A DNA stretch of 64,000 bases from an uncultured Planctomycetota bacterium (GCA_963823665.1 CAWGMQ010000010.1:672001-736000); one strand, 5' to 3'; counted from the first letter of the stretch, positions 22,428 through 32,502 are shown. The notes: generated by a model from the letters alone, not told the origin. Program-made: numbers and translations.

Positions 22428-25099
22428 GCGGCCGGGTCTTCATTGAGCAGACCGCCGAGGGTATAGCCGAAGCTATACGCAGCTCCGTCAACGGCAATGG
22501 GGACGGCAACGGCTATCACGACGTGATTGAGCTGGTGCCCGGCGCACGCGCCACGCCGCGGGAGCAAGCTCTTGAGATGCTCGACTTGGGGTACTGGCCG
22601 ATTGCGATTTATCCAGTCGGTGCGCGGATCCGCACTAAGACGGGCGAGAAGATCGCCAAGGGCAAGGAGCCAATCGGCAAAGCCTGGGGCCTCGAGCGGC
22701 GGTCTCGCGAGCAGCTCCTGATCACGTTTCGCGATTTCCCCGCCGCGGGGGTCGGTTTCGGCCTGGGGCCAGAGCGTGGGCCCGGTGGGCTCTGGCAGAT
22801 GGATATCGAGGGCGACGGGCCTTTGGCTGAACAGTCACGGGCTCGCTTGTTCGGGGGGAAGGTGCCCCACACTCCGACCAGCCGGAGCCGGCGGGGTGAT
22901 CATACCTATCTCGCCGACAAGCAAGAGACGGTGAAGAAACTACTCGAATCGCTCGCCGCGGCGGGGGCGAAAGAGCGAACGAAGGAGGGGAAGCCCGGGG
23001 TTTATCACCTCGAGGAATTCCCGGACCTGGAATTTCGCCTCGGAGGATTCAAGGAAAAGGATGGCGCTGTCAAACAAGTTCAGACGGTTCTGCCGCCCAC
23101 GACGACAGATGACTTTGCCCGAACGTGGATTATCGGGCCGGCGGTTCCGCTCTCGCCGATTCCTGAATCCGTGTTCGACCTCCTGGACGACATCATCGAA
23201 CGCAAGGGCATGCAGGCGGAGCATGCGCGAACCGTCGAGGACTGGAAACGGAACGGGAGCCCCTTGAAAAGGACCGTCCCCGCGGACGTTGACGACGACG
23301 AACCCCGGGCGCGGATGACTCAGCGTGAGGCACAGCTCAAATGGGCGCAGCAGGGGCTAGCGATTGAGCTCGAGAATTTCGCGGGCCAGAGGGAAGGCAA
23401 CCGGCACGCGTACCTTTTAACCCTCTCGTGCAATCTCGCGTCCAAGGTCAAGGCCGGGGTTTTGACCAATGAGGAATGTCTGTCTGGCCTGAAAAACGCT
23501 GCGATCAGGAACGGCATGGGCCAAGAGCGCTTTGATGAAGTCGAGGAAGCTTGGCGCACTGCACCCGATCAGGTTGACGCGGCGGAACTATCGCACGTCG
23601 GACTCGAGTGCTTGGAAAAGTTGGAGGACGACCAGGAAGATGACGACCAGGACCAAGAGGGGACGGGGGCCTCGGCCGGGGCGCGGCCCCAGCAGCTCGG
23701 CAGGGTCGACAGCGTCAGGCTCGCGCGCCTGAAATGCACCGACCTGGGGAACGGGGAGCGACTCGTCGCGCGGCACGGGGACAATTTCAGGTTCTGCTAT
23801 CCCTGGGGCAAGTTTCTGGCGTGGGATAGCACCCGGTGGAGGGTCGACAATACTGCCGCGGTGAAGCGCATGGCGAAGCGGACGGTACGGAAAATGTACG
23901 ACGAAGGCAGCACAATCACGGATGAGAAAGAACGGAAGAATTTCTTTGCCTGGGTGTTCGCCAGCGAGAGCAAGAGGGCGATCGATGCAATGATCGGACT
24001 CGGAAGCTCAGAAGAAGGCATCCCAGTTCTTCCGGAGGATCTCAATCGTGATCCTTGGCTCCTGAATTGCACCAACGGAACGGTGAATCTGAAAACCGGG
24101 CAACTCCGAAAACATGACAGGGCAGACCTGATCACTGTTTTGTGTCCTACCGAATTTGATCCATCGGCGACGTGCCCGACGTGGGGAGCGTGTCTCGAAA
24201 CGATATTCGCCGGCGATCGAACGTTGATCCAGTTCATCCAGCGATTATTCGGCCTGGCACTCACAGGCGAAGTCTCGGAGCAGATCCTGCCCATTTGCTG
24301 GGGGGAAGGTAGCAACGGCAAGTCCACCATTCTGAAGACGATTCTGGACGTCATGGGGCCAGACTACGCGATCACGGCAGCCCCTGGGATGTTGATCGTC
24401 AAGCACAATGAATCGCACCCTACGGAACGCGCAGACCTGTATGGGAAGCGTCTGGTGGTTGACATGGAATCCGCGGAGGACGCGCGGCTGAACGAAACGC
24501 TCGTAAAGCAGCTCACAGGCTCGGATAGGATCCGCGCAAGACGCATGCGTGAGGATCATTGGGAATTCGATCCGACGCACAAGCTGATGATGTGCACCAA
24601 CCACAAGCCGGCGGTGAAGGAGACTAAGCACGCGATCTGGAGACGGCTGAAGCTCATTCCGTTCACGGTCAAGTTGGAAGGCGAGAAAGAGGATAAGCGG
24701 ATGCCGGAGAAGCTGAGGAGCGAGTTCCCCGGAATCCTGGCCTGGGCCGTTCGAGGTTGCTTGGAATGGCAGAAAAACGGCCTCGGCGTGCCCGAAGTCG
24801 TCACAAAAGCCACAAGTGAGTACAGGGAAAGTGAAAACATCGTCTCATCATTCATTTCCGAGTGCTGTGTCACCGGTGGCAATTATCGCGAAAAATCCAC
24901 GCATCTTTACCACGCATATCGCACTTTTATGGAACGATCGGGCGAAGGTTCCGTGAGTCAAAAACGCTTCGGTGAGGCCATGACGGAGCTGGGTTATGAG
25001 CGTCTGCCAAATAATGGGATCTGGTATCTGGGCATAGCTTTACGTTCGGCTCAAAGCACTGAAGCAAAGGCGGATTCCAATTGTGAGGCCAACACATGA
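22424..25099 (+). CDS. Phage/plasmid primase-helicase, P4 family (Prim-Pol-like N-terminus, D5_N, SF3 helicase)
   Basis: TDLGNGERLV, LLNCTNGTVNLKTG, Walker A GEGSNGKST, KQLTGSDRIRAR, TNHKP and AIWRRLKLIPF. Confidence 0.92.
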   Translation: MSGRVFIEQTAEGIAEAIRSSVNGNGDGNGYHDVIELVPGARATPREQALEMLDLGYWPIAIYPVGARIRTKTGEKIAKGKEPIGKAWGLERRSREQLLITFRDFPAAGVGFGLGPERGPGGLWQMDIEGDGPLAEQSRARLFGGKVPHTPTSRSRRGDHTYLADKQETVKKLLESLAAAGAKERTKEGKPGVYHLEEFPDLEFRLGGFKEKDGAVKQVQTVLPPTTTDDFARTWIIGPAVPLSPIPESVFDLLDDIIERKGMQAEHARTVEDWKRNGSPLKRTVPADVDDDEPRARMTQREAQLKWAQQGLAIELENFAGQREGNRHAYLLTLSCNLASKVKAGVLTNEECLSGLKNAAIRNGMGQERFDEVEEAWRTAPDQVDAAELSHVGLECLEKLEDDQEDDDQDQEGTGASAGARPQQLGRVDSVRLARLKCTDLGNGERLVARHGDNFRFCYPWGKFLAWDSTRWRVDNTAAVKRMAKRTVRKMYDEGSTITDEKERKNFFAWVFASESKRAIDAMIGLGSSEEGIPVLPEDLNRDPWLLNCTNGTVNLKTGQLRKHDRADLITVLCPTEFDPSATCPTWGACLETIFAGDRTLIQFIQRLFGLALTGEVSEQILPICWGEGSNGKSTILKTILDVMGPDYAITAAPGMLIVKHNESHPTERADLYGKRLVVDMESAEDARLNETLVKQLTGSDRIRARRMREDHWEFDPTHKLMMCTNHKPAVKETKHAIWRRLKLIPFTVKLEGEKEDKRMPEKLRSEFPGILAWAVRGCLEWQKNGLGVPEVVTKATSEYRESENIVSSFISECCVTGGNYREKSTHLYHAYRTFMERSGEGSVSQKRFGEAMTELGYERLPNNGIWYLGIALRSAQSTEAKADSNCEANT

Positions 25100-25529
25100 G
25101 TCATATAAGAACGGAATCAACGGAACCATTTTCTAGGTTCAACAGCCTTTCCACGCGTGATGAGGGCGCAATGCCAGAAAGTGGTTCCGTATCCTTCCGT
25201 TCCTTCCGTTGGGGCCTCGGCGACCATCGTTCGGCAGTCATTGAGAACACTGGGCCCGGCGCCGGCGCTGCACCTGAACAGTGACCGGCGCCGGGATGGG
25301 GGAGGGGTAGTCAGGCAATGCGACCAACAGCAGCACAGCACGAGCGGAGCCCGAACATTTTGCTACGAGGACCGCAGCTCGATGCGAATTTTACGGACGC
25401 GCTCACATGCGCGGCCACCTGCGGTTTGAAGCGCGCGACTTTTCAGTAATTCACTACCCCCCTACCGGTAGAGGCCCCCCCTCCCGACGAGAGGCCCGAC
25501 ATCCTTCCGAACAATCCGATTGACATCCA

Positions 25530-25558
25530 TTGATATTAAAAACACATGACGCTATAAT
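25530..25558 (+). promoter_or_regulatory. Near-consensus sigma70 promoter
   Basis: TTGATA-N17-TATAAT in an AT-rich patch, 37 bp upstream of the ATG at 25596. Confidence 0.65.
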
Positions 25559-25595
25559 GATTAGTAGTACCCGCACACTAACGAGGCACCGACTC

Positions 25596-26210
25596 ATGAG
25601 CCATCGCAGTAGAACAGCACGAGCCGTTGAATCCTTCCGGAACGCAGCCGAGACCATCGGCCCCATCGAAAAGGACATGGCATTGTTCGCGCTTACGAGG
25701 GGACAGTTCAGCATGCTTGACATGGTTCTACACGTCCTGAACCAGATCGGCCCCGCCCACGTCAGCGTATGGACTTGGGCAATCGCCGACTATGAAGTCG
25801 AGGCCATGTCCGGATTGATGGCGCGACGCGAGATTCTCGCAGGCACGTTAATCATTGACCAATCAGCCGACCGCAGAAACCCAGCTATCATCGAGGCGTG
25901 GCGAACGCGGTTCGGGGACGACTCGGTTAAGGTGTGCAAGAACCACAGCAAAATCGCCCGCACGTGGAACGACGAATATCGGGTGTTGCTTCGCGGTTCG
26001 ATGAATCTCAACTATAACCCGAGATATGAGCAACTCGACATAACAGAGGGGGGGCCAGCCTTCGACCTGGTCGAACGCATCGAATCAGAGTTGAGGGTGT
26101 TGCCCCGGAAGTATTCCAACGCCGATGCCGAGTCGGCGACCGGCGTTAATCGAGCGTGGGAGCACGGACAACTGGCGATGTTTCAAGGACTCAAAACATG
26201 GGCGAAATAA
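25596..26210 (+). CDS. Phage-associated PLD-like (HxK..GSxN) nuclease-fold protein
   Basis: NHSKIARTWNDEYRVLLRGSMNLNYNPRYEQ, a single HKD-like motif. Confidence 0.65.
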   Translation: MSHRSRTARAVESFRNAAETIGPIEKDMALFALTRGQFSMLDMVLHVLNQIGPAHVSVWTWAIADYEVEAMSGLMARREILAGTLIIDQSADRRNPAIIEAWRTRFGDDSVKVCKNHSKIARTWNDEYRVLLRGSMNLNYNPRYEQLDITEGGPAFDLVERIESELRVLPRKYSNADAESATGVNRAWEHGQLAMFQGLKTWAK

Positions 26211-26488
26211 GCCGCACCGACATCATCGCTCGACTTGTGAAGGCAGGCACGCCCAGCAGCACGGCGACCCTTTACGCCGACCAATTTCTAACCTACGCCG
26301 AGGCACAAGCGAACGTCGAAAAAAACGGATGCATCGTAAGCCACCCTCGCACGGCGAACCCCCTAACAAACCCTTATCTACCAATCCGAGATGCCGCAGC
26401 GAAAAACCTCGCAGCCATCAGGGCACGCGGCACCGACTTTCTATGGGACACCGGCACGGCCCCGACCAGGAGGAAGAAGAGTGAGTGA
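26198..26488 (+). CDS. Terminase small subunit-like protein (P27 family)
   Basis: YADQFLTYAEAQANVEKNGCIVSHPRTANPLTNPYLPI matches the P27 core (G.IV....NPY). Confidence 0.65.
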   Translation: MGEISRTDIIARLVKAGTPSSTATLYADQFLTYAEAQANVEKNGCIVSHPRTANPLTNPYLPIRDAAAKNLAAIRARGTDFLWDTGTAPTRRKKSE

Positions 26489-26882
26489 ACGGAAACGAAC
26501 GGCACCCCGAGCCGGCGAAACCGGATTCAGCCGAGGCCCAATTGAGCCCACGTCAAAGCTCAATCGCCAGGAAATGGCGGAGTTCAAGAGGCTCATTCGG
26601 GTACTAACGCAACTGGGATCCCTGAGCAAGGTCGACTTGAACCTGCCCACCCAGGCAGCACGAATCAAGGTCATGCTCGACGACCTGCATGAGGAAAACG
26701 ACACCGCCTGCAACGCCCGAACGATCAGCCTTCTGACCGCGCAGCTCCGCGGTCTTCTACGAGAGATGGGCGCCACCTTGCAGCCGAGCCGGTCGGCAGT
26801 GAGACCAAATCGCCGAATCGATGACCAGGCCGGCGACCCCTACGCCCAGTGGCGAGCCATGTTGTCCGCAAAGGGAGGATGA
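26481..26882 (+). CDS. Second terminase small subunit-like protein (P27-like)
   Basis: P.KLN...AEFKRLIRVL..LGSLSKVD...QLRGLLREMGAT..SRS resembles the N- and C-terminal motifs of P27 TerS. Confidence 0.5.
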   Translation: MSERKRTAPRAGETGFSRGPIEPTSKLNRQEMAEFKRLIRVLTQLGSLSKVDLNLPTQAARIKVMLDDLHEENDTACNARTISLLTAQLRGLLREMGATLQPSRSAVRPNRRIDDQAGDPYAQWRAMLSAKGG

Positions 26883-26886
26883 GTCG

Positions 26887-27390
26887 ATGGACGGCTTCGA
26901 GGCCTGGGCCATTTTGCACGGGCGACCGTTAACCCGCGTGGGGAATGAACCCGACCTGTCCGACGAGCCGGCGCTTTGGGCGGAGCTCTGGCGGCAGTTC
27001 CGATTGGAGTTGCTGCCCGGCGAAATCAAACACCGGCCGGGCCAGCGTCCAAAATCGTGGTGGCAATTCGACGCGCCGGAAGAACGCCCAGAAGCAGAAT
27101 CAGAGGTTGAATTCCTCCACCGTTATGGGCTGATCGAGCCGGACGAATTGGAAGCGATCCGAAAGAAGGCCAAGACCCTCGCCGAGTACAACCGGACCCG
27201 CCGTCCCGATCGATTCGGCGACAACTATCTGCCGCCCGATGACCTCGCACTTTTCGCAGTCGCTCACGAGCTGGTGACGCCGGAGGAAATCGAAATCTTG
27301 ACCCGGCTCGAGACGATCGGGTGGTACTGGAAGAACCCTCCCAAGTCACCGACGAACGGCCAGGCGCACGATTCTGATAGCGGACTCTAA
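26887..27390 (+). CDS. Hypothetical phage-related protein
   Basis: GGAGG RBS; motif PGQRPKSWWQFDAPE...ESEVEFLHRYGLI. Confidence 0.6.
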   Translation: MDGFEAWAILHGRPLTRVGNEPDLSDEPALWAELWRQFRLELLPGEIKHRPGQRPKSWWQFDAPEERPEAESEVEFLHRYGLIEPDELEAIRKKAKTLAEYNRTRRPDRFGDNYLPPDDLALFAVAHELVTPEEIEILTRLETIGWYWKNPPKSPTNGQAHDSDSGL

Positions 27391-27427
27391 CCACGTTTTT
27401 TGATTCTCAAACCTGAAAGGACAGATC

Positions 27428-27631
27428 ATGAGTGCATCGCAAGGCAACAATCGCGACAACCCGATTCCGACAGGGGACAAGCCCGTGGACTCAATCATCG
27501 GTCCGCTCCTCGAGCAACAAGACGGGCCAAAGGACAACCCGCCTCCGAAGCAACGCGACCCAGTTATGGGTGGCAAGGGCGCTCTGACTGGCGGCTACGG
27601 CTGGCAGTCGATTCCGCGCGGCAAAAAGTAA
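27428..27631 (+). CDS. Small hypothetical protein
   Basis: AAGGA RBS then ATG; co-oriented with neighbours. Confidence 0.5.
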   Translation: MSASQGNNRDNPIPTGDKPVDSIIGPLLEQQDGPKDNPPPKQRDPVMGGKGALTGGYGWQSIPRGKK

Positions 27632-27687
27632 ATGCTTGCTCCGATCAATCCGTTGTGATTTCACGAATCTCAAACTGAGAGGGCACA

Positions 27688-28074
27688 ATGCCATTACTGG
27701 TACCGTACAAGCGTGACGTTCCACCCCCGCCACCCGTGAACCTGTACGAGCCAGCCCCCGGCCGCGACTGGGGAGGGGAGGCCGTCGGCGCTGGGATCTA
27801 TATGCCCGCGGGTTATTCGGGCTATACGTTCGTGGGCAGGGTGTTCCTTGACCTGGAGGCGGCGCGTCTCGCGGAGAAAAACAAGCGCTTCAAACCGGAT
27901 AAGCAACTGCCGGCTTCGGCGGACCTGAGCGAAACCGAGAAGTTACGCCGGGACATCGAAGAATTGAAGGCAGCCCAGCGTCGCATCGCCTTCCCGGTGG
28001 ACGCGCCGGAGCGAAAAAAAGAGCCTGAACCGCCCCCGATGAAGGTGTTCTCACACGGGATTCCGGTTTACTGA
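27688..28074 (+). CDS. Hypothetical protein
   Basis: GAGGG RBS then ATG; 128 aa. Confidence 0.55.
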   Translation: MPLLVPYKRDVPPPPPVNLYEPAPGRDWGGEAVGAGIYMPAGYSGYTFVGRVFLDLEAARLAEKNKRFKPDKQLPASADLSETEKLRRDIEELKAAQRRIAFPVDAPERKKEPEPPPMKVFSHGIPVY

Positions 28075-28133
28075 CCCGATCCGCAGCGGATCCTTACATA
28101 AACACCGATTCGAGATTCGAGAGAGGAACGACC

Positions 28134-28385
28134 ATGAATTCACTCTTGTGCAAACATTGCAGCGTGCGGCCGGCGAGTCATACGACAGCGGGGCCCGGCG
28201 AGCACTCCGGTATCTGCTTGGAGTGCGCCGCGCTTCCCGGGGACCAGCGACCCACGCCTCCGCAGCCCGAGGCGACGAAGTTCCCGCTGTGCAGCAACTG
28301 TGCCGTGAAAGGATCGACTCACACGTCGCACGTTGGCGGGCAAGTCGTCGGGACCTGCGCGGACTGTGCACCAACCGCGGCGTGA
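28134..28385 (+). CDS. Small Cys-rich (double zinc-finger) protein
   Basis: CKHC..CLEC and CSNC..CADC; GAGGA RBS. Confidence 0.5.
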   Translation: MNSLLCKHCSVRPASHTTAGPGEHSGICLECAALPGDQRPTPPQPEATKFPLCSNCAVKGSTHTSHVGGQVVGTCADCAPTAA

Positions 28386-28428
28386 ACATCATTCGATCGA
28401 ACTGCCAACCAAAGAAAGGGTTCAACAA

Positions 28429-28698
28429 ATGGAAACGGCAGCGCTCAAAGGTGGAAGCACGCGCAGCGAACAAATCATGTTCCAGGTCATCAAGCGGGCT
28501 CGCGCCGCCAACCCGAACTGCCGGTGCGGAAAGCGCGCGTCGATATACCGGATCAGCCAGGAGCATGAGCTCGTCATAGGGCTTTGCAACGGGTGCAATC
28601 ACGTAGGCGGCGCACGTGAGTCGGAGTCTCGAGCGCGCGACGGCCGACGCGCGCTTGACCGCGCGAAGGCCGTTCTCGCGGCAACGTCGCGATTCTAA
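28429..28698 (+). CDS. Small zinc-finger protein
   Basis: CRCG...CNGC; AAGGG before the ATG at 28429. Confidence 0.45.
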   Translation: METAALKGGSTRSEQIMFQVIKRARAANPNCRCGKRASIYRISQEHELVIGLCNGCNHVGGARESESRARDGRRALDRAKAVLAATSRF

Positions 28699-29213
28699 AA
28701 TCCTTCCCGGCCGGAGCGTATCAGCGGAGGGAAAGACGCTGACGCGCTCTCAGGCGCCGGAGCGGGCGACACTGGTACCTGTGCTCTTTCCACGATCGGG
28801 CTCCGCTGGCGCCTCATGCCCCCGTTGGCAATCTGCGGGTCGGCGACTGAAGGGACTATACTTGTTGCGACGGGCCACGTTGCTTAAGTAGGCCGCATTG
28901 CTACGGATTTAGGACCGCGGGCCGAGTTTTTCGCCGATGGTATATGGTGAGCACTCAAACAATTCGGCAAGTCGGTGATGCTGTTTTGTGGTGTTCTGGG
29001 TTAGGCGCGGATTCTTGGTTCGCCGTTTGTCCCGTGAGTGGGTCATTCGCTGAACGTGCGCCACAGGCGGCATAAACTGGTGAGTCCCATTGCGCAAGAC
29101 GTAACTGTGAGGAATGAAAGCGAGGAATCAGTGGCACACGAATCCGTCCTCGATTATCGTGTAGTTGGGGTACTCGACCATGCCCGTCCGCGGCCCCAAC
29201 TCCCCGGTGCACA

Positions 29214-30020
29214 ATGAGCGCGCCCGTTTCCTTTGAGCTTAAGTCCATCGAAGTTGGCCTCCGGTTCATCCGGGGTTATCGGTACCTGGATCGTTGCGGA
29301 GAGTGCCTGGCCCGTCTTGAGAGCGCGCTTGCGGAGGGATGGCTCCCCTCGGAGCCGTCGCCTACAAGTGGGTCGATGAGGAACGAGCCGTTGGGCATGG
29401 CCCTTATTTTTAATTCTCAGGGGATGAACGTTAAACAGTCGGAATACTTGGCGTTTGAAGAGTTTGCCGATCAGGCGTGCAAGATCTATGAAACTGTCTG
29501 GCGAGTGCTTGAAATCGAAAGGATCAATACCCCGAGTCTGCGAGTCTTCTACCAAAAGGGGTTCGATGATGATGAGGAGGACGACGCGGAGCGTTACTTG
29601 CTTCGGATGAAGCTCTGCGAATTGGACGAAGGACTTTTGCGGGCAATGCTGGGGCAGCAGGCGGGTGTTCAGCTCGCGGTTATCACGCAGGACAAGGTGC
29701 AAGTGGGTGACTCCCTCTTAGAGTGGCGGCGCCGCCTGAATGCCACCGTCGTTAAGCAGGTGAGACAGGAGAACTTTGACGCGAGATTCCTACAACGGTC
29801 GAGGGCGCTAGGGCCGCGGCAGGGAGATGCGATTCGGGCGATGCTGAAGTTGAGGAAGCGCCATCCCGACTTGGCCCCGTTTGCCGTCCAGCTTGAGTTA
29901 GAGGGGTCATTGGATATGGAGTTGTCGACGAAGGAATTCGACATGCGAGGCTTTCTTTTTCAATCCAAGGAATGGGCCGAAAACGCGAAGGGTTCTCTAG
30001 TGCGTCCACGGGGGGTCTAG
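29214..30020 (+). CDS. Cargo gene 1: TIGR04255-like uncharacterised protein
   Basis: VGLRF..YRYLDRCG N-terminus, F.EF....IY..V...LEIERI..SLRVFY core and a terminal F..FL helix. The family resemblance is from memory. Confidence 0.55.
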   Translation: MSAPVSFELKSIEVGLRFIRGYRYLDRCGECLARLESALAEGWLPSEPSPTSGSMRNEPLGMALIFNSQGMNVKQSEYLAFEEFADQACKIYETVWRVLEIERINTPSLRVFYQKGFDDDEEDDAERYLLRMKLCELDEGLLRAMLGQQAGVQLAVITQDKVQVGDSLLEWRRRLNATVVKQVRQENFDARFLQRSRALGPRQGDAIRAMLKLRKRHPDLAPFAVQLELEGSLDMELSTKEFDMRGFLFQSKEWAENAKGSLVRPRGV

Positions 30021-30025
30021 GAGTC

Positions 30026-30658
30026 ATGGCCGAAGAGAAGGTTGGACCCATTTTGTTGGCGAAGACCGAAGGCGCGATGAATCAGCGTCTTAACGAGTCG
30101 CAATCCGCGATGAAGTCTCGCGCCGAGGATGGCTTTCCCGACAGTAGTCGTCCGACTTCGGGACCTACGAGCATCGACCTTGGTCCAGTGATCCATCCGT
30201 CGCACTCACCTACGCCCGAGGTGCGAGCGCCGCGTAAGTCGGCCGTTGACTCCGTTGCGTACCACGAGTTCCGTAGGATCTGTGATGATTTAATGATGGA
30301 GGTCAAGCGAGCGAGCGATTACCTCGTGGAAGGAACGATGAGTGACATGGGCATGGAGGTCGTCGTAGAGGTAGAGCAGATTCTTGACGAGCTCTATCGA
30401 AATACGTGGGGGACGAATGAATGCCTGAAGCGGATAGTTGTTGCCATTGGCTCCCAGATCTACAACGTTCGATGGACGGCGGCGCACGTTGGATTTCTCA
30501 AGGATGTCGTGCGCCTTCTTCGGATCAGTTACCTGATCGACGAATCTCTCGTAGCGGAATGCCTTAAATTGATCAGGGATCACCGCCTGGAGGTGTTCCG
30601 CGGGAGTATCGCGGAGACTGAAGTGCGAACGAGATATCGCATCGTGGAGGTTGATTAA
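30026..30658 (+). CDS. Cargo gene 2: hypothetical, disordered N-terminus and helical C-terminus
   Basis: AGGAG RBS; starts 5 bp after the stop of gene 1. Confidence 0.7.
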   Translation: MAEEKVGPILLAKTEGAMNQRLNESQSAMKSRAEDGFPDSSRPTSGPTSIDLGPVIHPSHSPTPEVRAPRKSAVDSVAYHEFRRICDDLMMEVKRASDYLVEGTMSDMGMEVVVEVEQILDELYRNTWGTNECLKRIVVAIGSQIYNVRWTAAHVGFLKDVVRLLRISYLIDESLVAECLKLIRDHRLEVFRGSIAETEVRTRYRIVEVD

Positions 30659-31527
30659 TAGTGACAGTGTCCCCTCACGGGCAGGCGCAAACCCCGGCTG
30701 GACGAGCCTCTTCTCGACACGACGGTTCAACTGGACCGGACGAAATATCAGTCGAGGAAGCAAACACTGGAGGGGTTGCTGGCTAATTACGAGTTCAAAT
30801 TTGCCACGAGTCTGTCGTTAGTTGAGTTCAAGGCAACCGTTATTCAGGAATGTATCACCATCCATAATCAACTGCGCACGAAGGGGGCGCGTTTTACGAC
30901 GGCCAGGGACGTGCTTATAGAAAAGCACCATCGGCAGACCAGTTTGAGGGCGCACATCTTTAACAACTTGCTAGCGGTATTCGCGCGATCATCTTTCGAA
31001 ATCAGTCGGGAGGAAGACGAATTATTGGCTGAGAAGGCAAGGCTGCATTTGGAGAACATCATCCCCGAATTGTACCGGTGGTTCTCCTCCGAGGAATCTG
31101 TGGACGCGGTGCTGAGGGAGAAATTGCGGTGCGACCGCGCCGCGAAGCTCCCGTCAAGAAAAAAGCAGCATACACCGCGAACCTGCCAAGTTGTCGTAGA
31201 GGCCAAAACAAAACATGTCGGGTCGAGGAACTTATCCGGGCGGAGGCACCGAACCTCATTAGGAAGCTTCCGCCATTTCTCGAAAAGCACGATGAGAACT
31301 CGCAGTTGCAGAAGGCTGTCGAACTATTCGAGTCAGTCATTGAGGATCGTAAGAAAGAGCTATCCGTCGACGACTGCCGTCGCGCTGGTGATTGCTTGAT
31401 CGCGCTCGAGGCGACGGGGTCTGTGACTCATGCTCTTTCGAGCAATGCCAGAGAATGGCAACCAATTTCAGAAGCGTTGGGCTTTCAGTTCGTGCATATC
31501 TCTTTTCCGGAGGAGCGAACTCGCTGA
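30651..31527 (+). CDS. Cargo gene 3: PIN-domain-like protein (two frameshifts, ~30713 and ~31165)
   Basis: Reconstructed SLFLDTTVQLDR..SLVEFK (first PIN acidic residues) and CRRAGDCLIALEA..ALSSNAREW (C-terminal PIN motifs), spread over ORFs 30776..31399 and 31078..31527. Confidence 0.6.
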
Positions 31528-31576
31528 GGCCCGAATGATTCTGGGGTGCAGCGATGGGGTCCGCGGCGTTCTACAC

Positions 31577-31798
31577 TCACCACGGATCGGGCTCGAGCAC
31601 AACCGACCCGCCCGCTCGTTTGATTCCGACGCCCCAACGGCGCGAAGTGTGACCAGACGGCAGCGGGTCGGCGGTGATCTCGTCCACGTGGTAACGACCG
31701 GGTTTGCTCGAGCGGATCGCGGGCTCGGGCTGGTCGAGGGTATCGACGTCGATGATGGGGGGGGTGGAAAGTATTGAGTCTCTTGGCCGTTCATGCAT
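31577..31798 (-). CDS. Small hypothetical protein (start uncertain)
   Basis: IIDVDT...PGRYHVDEITADPLPSGHTSRRWGVGIK reads as protein-like. C-terminal part of ORF 31577..32089. Confidence 0.45.
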   Translation of the reverse strand: MHERPRDSILSTPPIIDVDTLDQPEPAIRSSKPGRYHVDEITADPLPSGHTSRRWGVGIKRAGGSVVLEPDPW

Positions 31799-31874
31799 GT
31801 TACAATACCGCGGAGCGTCGAAGCTTTCCCCTTGAAGACACGATTCCTGAGAGCTCCTCTGTGTTGAGGCATTT

Positions 31875-32288
31875 ATGAAGAAATTGCTGCCTTGGGTGAT
31901 CTTGGCTGGCGTTGTCGTGGGCGTGATTGTCTTCTTGAAACAACCCGAGAACCGACCGGCATTGCCTGGACGCGTCACCGAGAACGCGAAGCCGCCAGAA
32001 GTGAAGCCTGAAACATTCGGCTTGCGATTCGCGAAGACGTACATCCACACTTCCGGGGACTTTCGGGTCTTGAAAACTGTGCTCTTCAAAGAGACGCCAC
32101 CTTACAAGCAGTATGCATGCGAAGGGACTGTGAATGGACCCGGAACGTCGCTGCCGTTCACGGTTCTGTTCACTTACGACACCAAGGAAGGCAAAGCATT
32201 CCCTAATTCTGTGGACTACGCAGGAGGGAACGTTTTTGATCTGGAAGCGTCCATTGCTGCCTCGGGCAAGGGTAACCAAGAGCGTTAG
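31875..32288 (+). CDS. Hypothetical membrane-anchored protein
   Basis: GAGG RBS; N-terminal TM MKKLLPWVILAGVVVGVIVFL. Confidence 0.65.
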   Translation: MKKLLPWVILAGVVVGVIVFLKQPENRPALPGRVTENAKPPEVKPETFGLRFAKTYIHTSGDFRVLKTVLFKETPPYKQYACEGTVNGPGTSLPFTVLFTYDTKEGKAFPNSVDYAGGNVFDLEASIAASGKGNQER

Positions 32289-32502
32289 CCCGGCCAAACG
32301 TCGCGCACGCCATCGTCGGCCTACTGATCGGGGCCGTGGACGCTACGAGCATCGGCCGGTGGGTGCTGCGCACCAGGGACGATCGCAAGCGGCTTCAGCG
32401 TCGTTGCCGAGGCCCTGTACGCCTCCCGCAGACGCCGCGCGGTGCTCTGGACGTGGAAAGCATTGGCCAGGCGCTGGGAATCGCACGCGGGCGGGGCACG
32501 GG

